Below, piece by piece: positions 51,976-64,000 of a stretch of DNA of 64,000 nt. The DNA is from Vicugna vicugna. Lineage: Eukaryota. Under the pieces are notes generated by a model, which saw only the letters and a program-made list of their open reading frames with translations, did no database searches and was not told where the DNA came from. Each line of letters starts with the position of its first letter. The stretch's first letter is position 1. Location of the stretch: positions 558,001-622,000 of the forward strand of contig MU057999.1 in the NCBI GenBank assembly GCA_013265495.1, written 5' to 3'. Both the position numbers and the translations under genes were made by a program.

Positions 51976-54413
51976 CCGTACCATTCCACGGGCCGCTGGG
52001 ACGCTTCGACCGGGAAACAAAGATGGGGATTTGAATAAAAGACTTCAAAACGCAACCCCGAATTCTACCCTGAGCAGCATGCGTGTAAAAATTCATGAAG
52101 ATTGGATTTCATTTCGTGTGTTTTTACTTCAGTGGATAGAAATGCAGGTGTTGTCTGACTGTGTCTACAGCTGTCTTTACAAGGGGCGGGGGCGCCTGGT
52201 TAACTGAGCAGGGAGGGGAGGCTGATGCTCCACCTGCGCTTTGAGAGGCTGCGCCTCCTTCTCTGCTCTTGGGAAAGCTCCTATTTTGCTGGGTGGCATC
52301 CTTTGCACGCCCCAGAATGTATTGATTAATTACATTGCTTTGTAAAGGATGCATGTCGTTCTCAGCAGGACTAGATGAGCCAGCCAGCTCTGGGTCCAGT
52401 GAGTGACATGAGTCATAGAAGGCACTTATTATTTTGATGAAACACAGCATGTTGCTTTCAGCCTATAAAATCAAAAGAATGAGAAAAGGCTGTTTTCAGG
52501 GTGTAAACCCTCCCTTGTTTCTCTGTTGTGGTGCACAGCAATTCCGCCTCTGTGGCCTTTGTGCATTTTCCAGGCATGAGTGACATGGTGCTGAATGCCT
52601 GGGTGGCAGAGCCTGCCAGAGGATGCTGGACACAGGCCAAGGTGGCTCAGCCCCCCACGGTGTACTGCCCTTGTGTTCCAGGGCCCCGGCCTGGTACAGA
52701 ATAGGCACCCCATCACATTGCTCTGGACTGGGTCCATGCTGGTTGGCAGTGGGGATCTTTGGGGGTGGAACCCCAGGGAATGATGGACTGAAGTGTTGGA
52801 AGACTGGAACTTGAGACAGGTGTGGGCAGGGGTGGCTGCTGCCACCCACCTTGAGCTCTGGGATGGCGGGGTAGGGCCTTTCCATTCCCTCTGTAGCCCC
52901 AGTGTGGAGGGTCAGTGTGGTGCTTATTAAGTGCTCTACGAACAAATGAGGAGGTTCTGAGGATCCTGGCTGGCCCTGGCTGTAACTGAGCCCAGGGGCA
53001 TTTGGAGCAGCAGGCAGTGTGGGCAGAGTGCTGGGTAGTGCTGCCCCTCAGGGGCCAAGGTGCTGAGAGGCAGGGGCTGCAGAGCTGGAGAAGCATGAGG
53101 ACCGTATGGACCACCTCCAGTGTCTCCATGTGCTGGGATGGCGCTGCTGTGGCCACACATGGCCGCTCAAGACCCCTCCATCCTTCCCTCTCGTTGCCCT
53201 CACTGGAGACAGCCTTTCCGCTGTTGCCATAGCAACGCTGGCCCGAGGTGCTGCTAAGGGCTGGCTGGGCAGCCGAAGCTTCTCAGGTTAGAGCAAGTAA
53301 GGGGCTCGGAACTGTCCCTATAGGAGGGGGGCCCTGGGGGGGTTTCTCTTGTCTAGGAAGGGGAGGGAGGGGATGGGATAGGGACAAGCACAGAAATCGC
53401 TCCCAGGGCAGATTGGCATCTCCGCAGGCATGGCTTTGGTGGTAGGGATCTTGGGGGCTGGCGGGGCCCTGTTATCCTGGGGTCCCCCTGGCACTGCAGT
53501 ATTTGCACGCCTCCCTGCCTGGGTCTTTTGTTAGGGTGATGGCCAGGGTTCCCCAAGGGCCCAGCCTTGTGAGGCTCCCTATAATGGATGCCAGCTGCAG
53601 CCTGAGGCACAGGCTCTAGGGGGACCTGCAGGGGCCGAGTGAACCGAATCAGTCCCTCTGAGAGCAGAGCTGGAGGTCTCATGCCCTTAGGCTCAGGTGG
53701 CAGGACTGCCGTGTGTCCCTGAACCCCCTGGCCCCCACCCAGGACACTCAAGAGTGGGCACTGGCTGCTCTCTGCCTTGGTATCTCCCATAACTTTTCTG
53801 TTGCCACATTCCCAGCACACACAGGCATTGTGGAGGCCCTCTGCCTCCAGCCACTTGAGGGGCAGTCAGCTTCCTCTCCACACCCTCCTCCCCAGCCCTC
53901 AAAGAGCAAGGAGTGGCAGCAGGAATGCGGAAGGCGGTCAGGCCTGGGGTAAAAATGGTAGTCCCACCTCCCCCTGGGGTCGGGGAGCTGGTGAGAAACA
54001 CTGTGATGCTACTTGAGGGGGTGCGAGGATTCAGGATGACCCAGCCTCGCAGGGCACGTACCTCTTCTCTCGCCCCACCGCAGCCCGGGCAGTATGCCTG
54101 CTTTCCCACACCAGCCCTGTAACAACCACAGCAGTATCAGCACGAGAAGGGGGCACCTGGGCAGTGGGGTACAGTTTACAATACCTTGGATTTACATAGC
54201 ACCTTTTTCTTCTAAAGGGCCTTTGCCTCTGTCCCCTCGGCCATCAGAACACAAGCATCACTGCTCCGGCGGCGGAGCAGGGAGACTGAGGCAGAGGCCT
54301 AGACGGGATTCCATGCAGACGCAGTGGTGTCCGGGGCTCTCTGCACTGCTCCTGGGCCGTCCCCAGGAGGGCCTGGCGGAGGGCCCCGGCAGGCGGTGGT
54401 GGGGCCCAGGCCA

Positions 54414-55309
54414 TCACTGGGCATTCACTTTGTATTTCAGGATGTAGGAGTAGAAGTTGTGGTTGGCATTCTCCAGCACCATGACGTAGACTTCCTGGCA
54501 GCCGGCCGTGCTGCAGCTGCCCTCCCAGTAGCCCTCGTGGTTCAGGGTCAGGGGCCACGTGTCCTGCCCCTTCACCAGGGCCTTGGCGACGCCGTGCAGC
54601 TTCAGTTTGAACGGGACGTTGTGGTTGGCAGGAAGCACGCCCGACAGGGGCTCCAGCAGCTCGTTGTCCGGCCCCCAGTTGCCGAAGCTCTCGGGGAACA
54701 CGGGCCAGTTCACCTTGGCGTTGGTGCAGCACAGGAGGTAATTGAAAACGAAGATGTAGTTGCCTGGTTCCTGCCTCTTCTTGACGAAGATCTTGAGGGC
54801 AAACTTGCCGGCGTGGGGCAGCTGGACCTTGAGCTCTGTCCGCTTCTCCCGGTGCAGCTGGAAGATGTAGCGCCGCTGGGTCTCCTCGGTGACGGGGCCA
54901 TCGTCCCCGTGCAGCGACGCCAGGACGCTGATGCCCTCCTCCACGCCGAAGCTGACGGAGCAGCGCCCATCGCTGGTGTAGATGACCGGCTCAGGGTGGG
55001 ACGGCTTCACGATGCCCATCTGCTCCGAGAACCAGCTGGGGCCCACGGGCTGGTGCAGCTCCGCAGGCAGCGGGACGTCCATGTCGGTGTAGTGGCACTT
55101 GAGCGTGTACTCCAGCACCGAGCTGTAGATCTCCGAGTTGCCCTTGGCGAAGATCTGCAGTTTGTGGGTGCCCACGGTCGGCGGGTAGACGTCCAGCTTC
55201 ATCCCGTTCTTCCTGAGGCTCAGCAGCCCGTGCTCCTGCTTCCCGTTGAGCATAAACATGAACAGCGTCGGGGCGCAGCTCTCGATGGTGACCGTGGCTT
55301 TCCCGTTCA
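54414..55309 (-). CDS. KY: KY last coding exon (896 nt to TGA)
   Basis: ctccacag|TGAACG...; G+TG restores Val; 298-aa ORF VNGKATVTIESCAP...ILKYKVNAQ*. Confidence 0.96.
54480..55300. other. CpG-island-like segment over the KY last coding exon
   Basis: Visibly dense CpG and high GC relative to the rest of the window. Confidence 0.6.
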
Positions 55310-57232
55310 CTGTGGAGAGGAGCCAGGGTCAGGTGAGATGGGGTCAGTATGTGCCCATGTGCCGGTAAATGTTTAACAATAGGATCTCTGAGGGAAAAGC
55401 CATGACTTACAGCCTCTGCCCATTTCCACGGCAGAGATACCTTCACTATGATAGCTTTCAGCCACAAGTGTGACGTCACTGAACAGGATCTCAGCCGCGG
55501 CTGCACACCCTGGAAGGGCTTCCCTACTCCCTCGAGGTGGTTCTCTTTCAGAGAGCTGAAAGCTGGGGGTCGATCTCAAGAAAAAAAATCTGCCCCCTAG
55601 CTGTACCGCTTTGCCCATTTAATTCACATCAGATGAAGACTGCACAGAGGGTTAGCCTGATTCCAGGGCAGGGAGAGATGCTGGTTCTAGAGCCACCCTT
55701 TGACTGTCGCCTCCAAACCTCATCTTGCTTTCACTCTGCTCCCTCCAGCATCAGATCATTACAGTGTCAGGGCTGTCATGTCCACGCATTACCTTTAAAA
55801 ACTGATTGGAATGGCTTCCCTCCAGGAAACTGTGCTCAAGGGGTGGAGCTGCCTCCTTGTCTCCCCCTCTCCCCTACCCCAGGCTTCTCGATGGAAGTCA
55901 GTGGCTGCATGGGAGGGTCTTCGGCATCCACCCTTCCCACCGCTCCCCTTGCCGTCCAGCACTGTCTTCTCTGTCCTGGTCAGTTCTCTGGTCTTTGCAG
56001 CCCAGGGCACTCTCCTACCTGGTCCTCCCTGCCTTGCAGGACCACAGGGAGGGGCAGGGTTTCTCTGAGAGCCTCGCCTTGCCTTCCTCTCAGAAGATGA
56101 TCCCCTGCTCTTCATCCCAGCCACCTCCCCGGCCCCATTCACAGATGAGCACAAAGGAAGGAGACAGACTACTGTCTGATCCATGCTAGTAACTCTCTCC
56201 AGTCGGGGGTCCAGTGCTCTTGCTGGGGAGGGGGAAAGCCATGCCCAGACTTTAGGACAAGTGTCCCAAGACTTCCCATCTAATCAGCCATGAGGTCCCC
56301 TGAAGCCAAGCTGCTCAGCTACTGCATTCAGCGCTGCCTCCCATCCTGGGAGTGAGAATCCCCACACAGGCCACAGGACAGGGATGGAGGCTCAGCTGGC
56401 CTCTCCCCTCTGCCTTCTTCATGGTCCCTCCATCTAGAAGACTTTTCCTCCCTTCTCAGGCATGGCTGACTTCTTACCTACCTTATTCTCCCAAACCCCT
56501 CCCCGCCACAGTTCCCTTCCACCAGTTCAGCTCTCTGAAATCTGGCCTCTGCCTCTACTCTCCAAAGTCTTCAGTGACTTCCTTGGAGAATCTGGGCTGC
56601 TGGCCATGCCCTCCTGGAAGTCCTCTCCTCCCCTTTCATCCACCGCCCTCTCCATCCTGGCCTCTCCCCACCCCTGTGATCCACCATCCGATCTCTGTTA
56701 CCACCCCTTCTCTTCCCATTACACTAACTGTGAGATCTTTGTGCTTTTGTGCTATTTTCTTTGTCTACACTCTTTCTCCACTGCTGTCAGCCACCGTGGG
56801 ACAACTGTTCCTGGAAACCTCCAAAGGAAAGTGACCAAGAACAGTAGTAGACTTGAATCCCTCTTCTCCCTTCTCTTTTTCTTCTAAGCCACTCAAGGGG
56901 CAGAAGCTGTCTCAGCCCTCAACTCCTCGTGGACCCCAGCCTGCTCCGTCTTGTATGCCAGGTGGTAATGAGGTCCCTGTGCAATTCACCTTGGATGCAC
57001 AGGGCCTGCCAGCACCTCCACACAGCAGCCCAAGGGCTCCTGCAAATATACACCCAGTCGCTAGCGGGCTCAATTCTGTGGGTCACCATCAAACTGGAGA
57101 CCAGTGAAGAGGCCTCCAGCAGCACACCCCTTCACATCCTGGGGCCCTCACACCTGCTGTTCCCTCTTCCACTGTTCCCAAACCTGGATAAGACCTTAAC
57201 GTAATGTTCTGACTGCAGAGAAGGCTTTCCTG

Positions 57233-57382
57233 GGGGGGGAGGGTGTAGCTCAGTGGTAGAGCGTGTGCTTAGTATGCATGAGGTCCTGGGTTCAGTACCT
57301 CCAGTAAAAAATAAGTAAGTAAGTAAGTAAATAAATAAACCTAATTACCTCCCCCCACAAAAAGCAAAACAAAAAAACAAAA
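57233..57382 (+). mobile_element. Vic-1-like SINE in KY intron, B box partly deleted
   Basis: GGGTGTAGCTCAGTGGTAGAG...GGGTTCAGTACCTCC, (TAAG)n(TAAA)n, cctaattacc; TSD GCTTTCCTG (57224-57232 and 57383-57391). Confidence 0.88.
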
Positions 57383-59092
57383 GCTTTCCTGATGCCCTGG
57401 GGTTAGGCTGAGCTGCCGGGAAGCCCTTCTCCTTGCCCCGCGGCTCCTTCAGGGAACTTAGCACCACTGTGTAATGTCTGTGTTCTGTGTAATGTCTGTC
57501 CTCTCTGCTGGCGTGGGCACGTGGGGAAGGCCCATTCGCCTCCTTTCCTGCCGCGTGCCAGGCCTGGCCAGGGCCCCTGGCCCAGGGGGCTCTTGGCAAA
57601 GGTGAGCTGAACAGCTGGGAAGACCTGAAATAAAGGATTGGAGACCCCCAGGGACCCTGTAGGAGCCTCTGATCTCTTCCTCCCCTCGTCCCTCCTTCTC
57701 TCTCTCCTGCTCTCGCCTCCTGGCCTTTTGCCCCCCTCAGTTTCCCTCTCTGCTTTCTTCCCATCTCCACTCTTAACAAAACGAGCTCCAGCAAAGACAT
57801 AGTCTTTAAATATGCTTCATGAATATGCAATCAAATTTTAGGTTACTATATATTGAGAAAGCCAGTGCTAACATGTCTATGTCTCTTGAAAAGGCAAACT
57901 CCTTGGTGGCATTGTGTTGACAGTGGTGTGGCCTGGCCCACTCCTCCCTGTGGCCCCGTGGCCCACGACGGACAGAGCCGGCCCCCGACCTGACATCTGT
58001 GCAGCGGCCCTACTCTCAGGACGGCAGCCTCATGCTGTTATTTTCACAGCAGGAGCTGCCAGGTGTTTGTGGTTTTCAAAAGTATTCCAGAGCTCAGCAG
58101 CCTGGTTAAGGAGGCCATTGTGAAGTGGAAGGGACCAGGCAGCTGGGACCAATGTGGGGGGTGCCTGTGCTCCTTGTGTCCCCATCTCCCTGCAGCATGG
58201 CCTGGGGATCACCCGCAGTCTGCCCCAAGGACCCCACTGTGCTAACACTGGGTGAGCTCACGGCTTCCCTCTTGGGAGCACACAGGCCCCCAGGCGCAGA
58301 GACGGGGCCCATGGGCAGTGCTTACAGGAAGTATGGGGGCGCACTGACCCGGCTGTGCTAAGCCCTGAGCTGCGGTCCTGGCCCCCCTGAGCCCGGCCCG
58401 CCATGTGCCCTGGGGTTCACAAACACACCCAGCTGGCTGCCTGATGGGGGAGGTGGGGAGAAAATGTCAGTCCAAGCCAGCCCTGGGGACAGCCCAGCCC
58501 TGGTCCTGCACTGCCCAGCCCCAGGGCAATCGGCTGGAAGAGGCTGGTCCTGCCTCAAGAGGGAAGGAGGCAGAGTAGCGGGCAGAACCAGTAGCACTAG
58601 GCCGGGGAGACAAGGCTGTGAGAGGCCAGGCTGTGCCCCTGGAGCCCGGCCCTCGTCTGGGCTGCCTGAGCTCAGATGTCGAAGGGTGGCTGCGTCCTTC
58701 CTGTCCTGTGATGCTCATTCTCCTCCAGCTCCCAACACCTAGCTCAGCGGCCACCTCCCTAATGTAGCACCCCCCTAGCACTCTGTCCTGGGAGACCCCT
58801 GCTGCTCCCCCACCAGCGGGTTAGGCCACTGACACACAGATCCCAGCTCTGCGGGGCCAACATATACTTTCTGCCAGGCGTTCGGGAGCGTCTGTCAGGC
58901 ACCTGAGCTGGGAGGTGTGTGTAGCCAGTCCTCTCCCTGCTGAGTCAGCTGAGGGAGACACACCCCACTCGGGACCACCAGCCCTGGCTCCCTGACCTGC
59001 TGGGCGGGGAGCGCGGACCTCAGAGGCTGCAGGAAGAGCTCCCGGCCCACCTGGGCCAGGGCGGACGCACGGGGCGGGCCAGCTCCGGTTAC

Positions 59093-59283
59093 CTGTTTTG
59101 ATGGTGGAGGTCTCCGGGTGGGCGCTGAGCATCCCCTTGTTGTAGAATTCGCTCTTGTGATACATGTTGTTCTCAAACTGCCTCAGGGACTGTGGAGGCT
59201 TTAGCAGCTGCCAGTTCTTGTTGTCTGGGAAATGGTCCTCGATGAACAGCGCAGGGTGCGTGAGGAAGTAGAATTCGTTGTAG
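59093..59283 (-). CDS. KY: KY coding exon (191 nt, phase 2/1)
   Basis: cctccag|CTACAA...AAACAG|gtaacc; YNEFYFLTHPALFIEDHFPDNKNWQLLKPPQSLRQFENNMYHKSEFYNKGMLSAHPETSTIKT. Confidence 0.95.
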
Positions 59284-60624
59284 CTGGAGGGGGAAGAGCT
59301 GGTCAGTACCCGTGTGGGTGGGTGGGGGGCTCAGCCGTGCAGAGGGGCAGGCGGGGTTCACAGGGGGTCTTTGGGGCCTACTTTTTCAGCTAACACGTCC
59401 ACATTAGGGTCCCACCCACAACCTGATGGGAAGGGGCACCATCTCCAGCCCTAACACGGGCACTGCAGGTGCCCCCTCAGTGGCTGCTTCCAGAAACAGG
59501 AGGCAAGGCCGGATGTGAGGCCCCTTTTAAGAGAAGGTCACAGCCCAGGTGGCGCAGTCCAGGTGGAGAGTGGGCTCCCCTTGCTCTCAAAACCGAAGAG
59601 ATTTGAGCAAAGCCATGCCCCACGGACTAGGTGCTAGTGACATGGAGGGACAGCAGGGAGGGAAGGCCGGGTGCACCGGCTCTGCACTCAGCCCGGGGTG
59701 AGCCACTGTGCAGGGAGAGGCCCTGGAAGCGGCTCTCTGGAGGTCAGCGACGGGGATCAGTGGAAGAACAAGGAGCTCATCTGGGATGGGGGAGCCTCCT
59801 CGAGGCCCAAGGCAAGCAGTGCTCAGAGCTGACAGAGTGGAGGAGGGCTGTGACTGGACGTGCCCTGTGTGGATGGGCCGAGTGCATGTGCTTTGTATCT
59901 GCCCTGTGGGAAGGACCGTCAGGATTTAAACTGTACAACTGAGGCAGCGCCCTCATCCTCTGGATGAAAAGCCACCTGAGCTGCTGATGCACATCAAGAC
60001 CCAGTGGGAACGTCATGGCCTCAAGTTAAGGCCGGCACCTCGGAGGCCAGACCTGCACACTCCAGCCCCGGCACCCCAGCCCCCCTGCCCCGTGGCGGCC
60101 ACGGTGACCTGGCACAGCATAGCGCCCCTTCCCGCAAACCAGAGCCCCTTCCTCAGAGATGGGGTGTGGCTGATTCAGCCCAGAGAGGAGGGAGAGGAAT
60201 CCAGTGTCCATGGGAAACAGTGGAAGAGAATTCTGGCATCTATGGATGGAACACAGTCAATGGCCAAAGGCCTGAGGGAACCTGCAGACACTTAGAGAAG
60301 CTTCTCAGGCCTGCCTTTCCGTGCATGTGGCCCGTGTGTAGGCAGACACTGTCTTTTAGTACTTGGGTGGGGAGAGTGCCCCGGAGCCAGGGGGCGGATT
60401 TAGTCATTGGACAGCGAGGTGACAGAAAGGTCTAGGCCCTTACAGTCGGCCTGGAGCTAGCTCACTCCCAAGCCCGAGGAAGGGTGGGAGTGGCCAGCAG
60501 CAGGCGGAGGCCCCCCTGCTCTCCTCCCCTGCTGGCCGCCTTCTCCCCCTGCTGCCTCCTTCAGCCTTGGGCCTGGCTCACTTCCACCAACCAGACACCC
60601 CGCAGAACCAAGGCTGGCACTTAC

Positions 60625-60813
60625 AGGAAGGTGAATTTGGAGGTGGTGGAATCCACCAGGCCGCTGCCCCAGGTGCTGTCCACCAGGTGCCATCTCCCCT
60701 CCAGGTACACGGCGTTCCAGGCGTGGTCAAACTCTCCAGAGAAGCTCTGCCCCGGCTGGTACCCAAAGCCCTTGGAGTAGCCAGGCACGGTCATGCACTG
60801 CACGCCGGCGATC
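60625..60813 (-). CDS. KY: KY coding exon (189 nt, phase 2/2), carrying His and Asp of the transglutaminase-like triad
   Basis: cccccag|GATCGC...CTTCCT|gtaagt; IAGVQCMTVPGYSKGFGYQPGQSFSGEFDHAWNAVYLEGRWHLVDSTWGSGLVDSTTSKFTF(L). Confidence 0.95.
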
Positions 60814-63800
60814 CTGGGGGCAGGACGGGGGTCTGAGAGGTCGCTCCTGCTGGTGGGGGCGGGCTGGATCCCCTCCTCCCCCAAGCCTGTCTGCGGCCCC
60901 AGGCCTCAGGCACTCTGCTGTCCATCAGCCCCTCCATGTCTCTTCTTTTTCCTGCCTCTCTCACAGTCATACAGCCCAAGGGCTTCTATCTGCAGGGCCT
61001 GGGGACAAGGGGGGCGGGCACAGGGTTGGCTGCTCCCACTGGCACGGACCAGCTGCAGTTTCCACTGTCTGCGCCTCCCTCCAGACTGTACAGACCACTT
61101 GGGAATGTCTCTCCCCAGAGCCTGCCTAACTGCTCCGCCAGCAGCCTGCAGGAGGACACGGTGCGACAGCGAGGACCACCGGGGGACCGTGGAAACCCGG
61201 GGGATGATGATGTTCTTGAAGAACCAGAGAGCATCTGGAAACGCGACTGAGGAACTGGGTCTAGATGACACGGGTGGGGCGTCAGCGAGGGGTGCTGGAC
61301 TGGAGGGTGAGCCCACTCCCCTGCCATGCCCTGACCATGGACAGCTGTGTGGGGACCCTTGGGGCAGGCCAGTGGGAGTCCCCACTGTGACCCAGGGAGG
61401 ACTGGCCCACTGCCAGGATGGCTCAGGTCTGACTGCCAGGGCCACCACAGAGCAGTAAGGCCATTTGCTGACCGATTGCTGTGGCCACGGTTTCAGAGTC
61501 CCTTGTAGTTGTCACTCTGGGAGTGGAAATGCTGACCAGTCGGCCTGAGCTTTTATCAAGGCCCCCTTGAGAGCATTCCCTCACCACTCACAACCACTCT
61601 GGGACCACTTTCTGTGGCCTGGACAGTGGGGGATGGGTGCTGGTCACTTCTGGGGACCTCACGGGCAAGCATTTGTAGCTGAAACCCTGAAGCCCAGACC
61701 TGGGCTGTGGGCATCGCCCTGCGGCCACAGCCAGTGTCCTGAGAGCCCTGCCACAGCCAGGCGGCCCCCCACATGGCATCTGAGGGGTGGGCTGCTCTTC
61801 TAGCCCGGAGATGTCCTGTGCAAACACTTCTGGGGACAGTGTGTGAGTTAGAACAAGGTGCTCCTTCTTTGAGACCCTTTCCTTTCACCAGGAATGCTGG
61901 TCTAATCAACATCCAAACCCGTGGTAGCCAGGATGTCTGCAGCGGCCCCACGGATGGGGCTCAGCATAGCTGTCCTCTGACTCTACTGTCCCCTCACACG
62001 AACCGGGTGTGCGCTCCGGGGCGTAGGCAGGGCTCATCTCAGGGAAGTGGCCCCCGGGCAGCCAGGATCTTTCCAGCGACCAGATCTGAGCCTCAGTTTT
62101 TCTAAACAAGAGGCCACAGAGCCTCAGGATAATGGGGTGAAATGGCCATGCATTCAGGATAAGAATGGGGAAATTTTCCATATAAAAATGAACTTGAATT
62201 AACAATTAGCAGAATATTGGATTAAACAGTACATATCTCTATGTACATATCACTTGTAGAGAGAGCTGGTGAGGCCAAAGGTGTAGTTATCAGGCTCCGC
62301 CCTGCCCTGGGGGCTGTGCACATCCCCAGGGAACCGCTCTCTCCTGCAGGGGGCAGGTCTGCTCTGCTAGGGGCTCTTTCTGGGCTGGGAAGTTTTGCAG
62401 CCCCCACCTGCTTCTGCCTGCATCTTCACAAAAGGAGATCCAGGTCTCCCAGGCTGTCTAAGAAATCCCACAAGAACAGACCAGCTGGGCCCTATGGGAA
62501 GATTTCAGGAGCACTTGGGAGACCAGGGCAGAGAGCAAGAGAAACTAGATCTGGATGTCAGAATGTTCTGCTGGTAAAGGCTACCGGCTCCCCAAGCAGA
62601 ATGGGGACCCAGAGGCAGTGGGTCCAGGAGCCCAGGAGCCCAGGAGAGGAAAGAGAGTGCAGCAAGAACACCTGGAGAGCCCCCTCCTCATTTAGCTGCA
62701 ACCAGATGCGAGGCCTAGGGGTTTGTTCTCAGGATGGGCAATCTGAATGATTGTAGAGTCTTAGAGGAAACAGCCTGCTGAGAGGGGAGGGTGGCATGCG
62801 TCCCAGAGGCATGGGACAGTGGTACGGGAGGTACCTTCATTGGAAGTAGGGTTCCAGATACTCAGAGAGTGGGTGAGGAGAAGGCATGTTGTGAAAAATG
62901 TTTAGTGAGGACAGAGATGCTCCTGACACGCTGTGAACTGACAAGAGCCTGTAAAACTCCACCATCAGCACAATGCCTCTGTGCGTGTGTGCGTGCGCAG
63001 CACGAAAGACGAGAGACAGAGGAAGGGTGGAGTTATCTTGTCTCTTCGTAATGGGATTAGGGGCGATTTTAATATTCTTCTTTAAGCTTCTCTTTATTTT
63101 TACAGTTTTCAATAACGATTATGGGTTACTTCTCTAACTGGAAAGAATCTGTAAAAACTACCTGAAAATGACATTCTCTGCTGAGTTATTTTCCTTTCTT
63201 ACCCAGAACGCCAGTGCATGTGAATTTCTAGGATGATGGGGAGGGTACGGGGAGGACTGGGAACAGCAGTATTTGGAGAAGGGGCTGCTCTGCGGGAAGG
63301 GGAGGGGAGCTGTGGGTTTCGGGACACACTGCCCACAATTGCTCGTCCTCCGCTCTGAGCCACCTGGAGTCAAGGAAGGAAGGAAGAAGCGCTGAGCGCC
63401 CACGCGGCCTCCAGGTGCTGTGATAAAAATGGAGTGGGTGCCGATGTGGGCAGACAGCCGGCTCAAGCTCTGCCTGGGTGTCCTCCTGGGAGAAGCCATG
63501 CCCTCAGGCCAGGGTATCCTCTCACCCAGGAGGTGAAGTGAAGGTATGGTCTGAGCACCAAATGGCAGGGGGGCAGGAGTGAGAACCCTGCCCCAAGCCT
63601 AGAAAGGGCTGGAGGAGGGAGAAGTGAGTGGCTGGATGTCCTCCCCGAGGGCTCCCAGCTGGAGGGGGCGGGGACCGGGCTGAGCTGGCAGAGGAGGGCT
63701 CGTTCCAGGGTGACTTTGCCAGGCTCTCCACGGGCAAAACCGAAGGTTGGCATTAAGTGGTCTCTAGAGGGTGATTCTCCTCTGACAGGCTGGGGAGAAG

Positions 63801-64000
63801 CTGAGAGGGCCGTGGGGAAGGCCTGGGGCAGATCAAAGATGAAAAAAAAACCCTCAGCTGTAAGCATCTGCCATGCTTGACTATGAGATGAGGCTATTTT
63901 GTTACCTGGCAGCCATGTGCAAGATGAATTGGACAAAGAAGTCATAATGCAATGCCTGATCGTTAATAACCCACAGCTCTCACGCAGAAGTGTAGAACTC

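Larger units (their letters stand above)
50860..60813 (-). other. KY: KY gene, partial (3' end; 5' exons outside the window), kyphoscoliosis peptidase
   Basis: Three in-frame GT-AG exons on the minus strand with transglutaminase-like HAWN and LVDSTWG motifs, ending ...YSYILKYKVNAQ*. Confidence 0.95.

Noticed and set aside
54324..55376. 350-aa plus-strand ORF antisense to KY
   Set aside because: It is codon-aligned with the GC3-rich KY exon, which suppresses antisense stops. It has a non-ATG start and a typical shadow-ORF composition.
60793..61458. 221-aa and overlapping ORFs in the KY intron
   Set aside because: These are chance ORFs in GC-rich DNA with no recognisable domain. I could not find the next KY exon (with the catalytic Cys) in 60814-64000.
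1..64000. CRISPR array, operon, ERV/LTR or numt
   Set aside because: I recognised no regularly spaced repeat-spacer units, compact ORF clusters, paired LTRs or mitochondrial gene sequence.

Overview
Mammalian genomic DNA, most likely a camelid (alpaca, llama or camel), judged from five copies of a short tRNA-derived SINE resembling Vic-1. The window holds the 3' ends of two convergent genes. CEP63 (+ strand) has ten phase-consistent GT-AG coding exons from 3196 to the stop at 35983; its 5' exons lie upstream of the window. KY, kyphoscoliosis peptidase (- strand), has its last three coding exons at 60625-60813, 59093-59283 and 54414-55309, with a probable ~3.5 kb 3'UTR ending near 50860. The rest is intronic or intergenic and rich in repeats: a ~6.8 kb near-full-length antisense L1 nested in an older L1, other L1 and L2 fragments, MIRs, MER2 and a Charlie4a-like DNA transposon. 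Most of the ORF track is L1 debris or chance ORFs. I found no convincing new gene system. The best leads are regulatory or RNA-level hypotheses: inverted repeats around an 825-nt stop-free CEP63 exon block (circRNA candidate), a 17-bp hairpin beside a symmetric exon, cryptic or distal CEP63 exons, and CTCF-like motifs between the two genes. Repeat subfamily names come from recalled consensus sequences and repeat boundaries are approximate.
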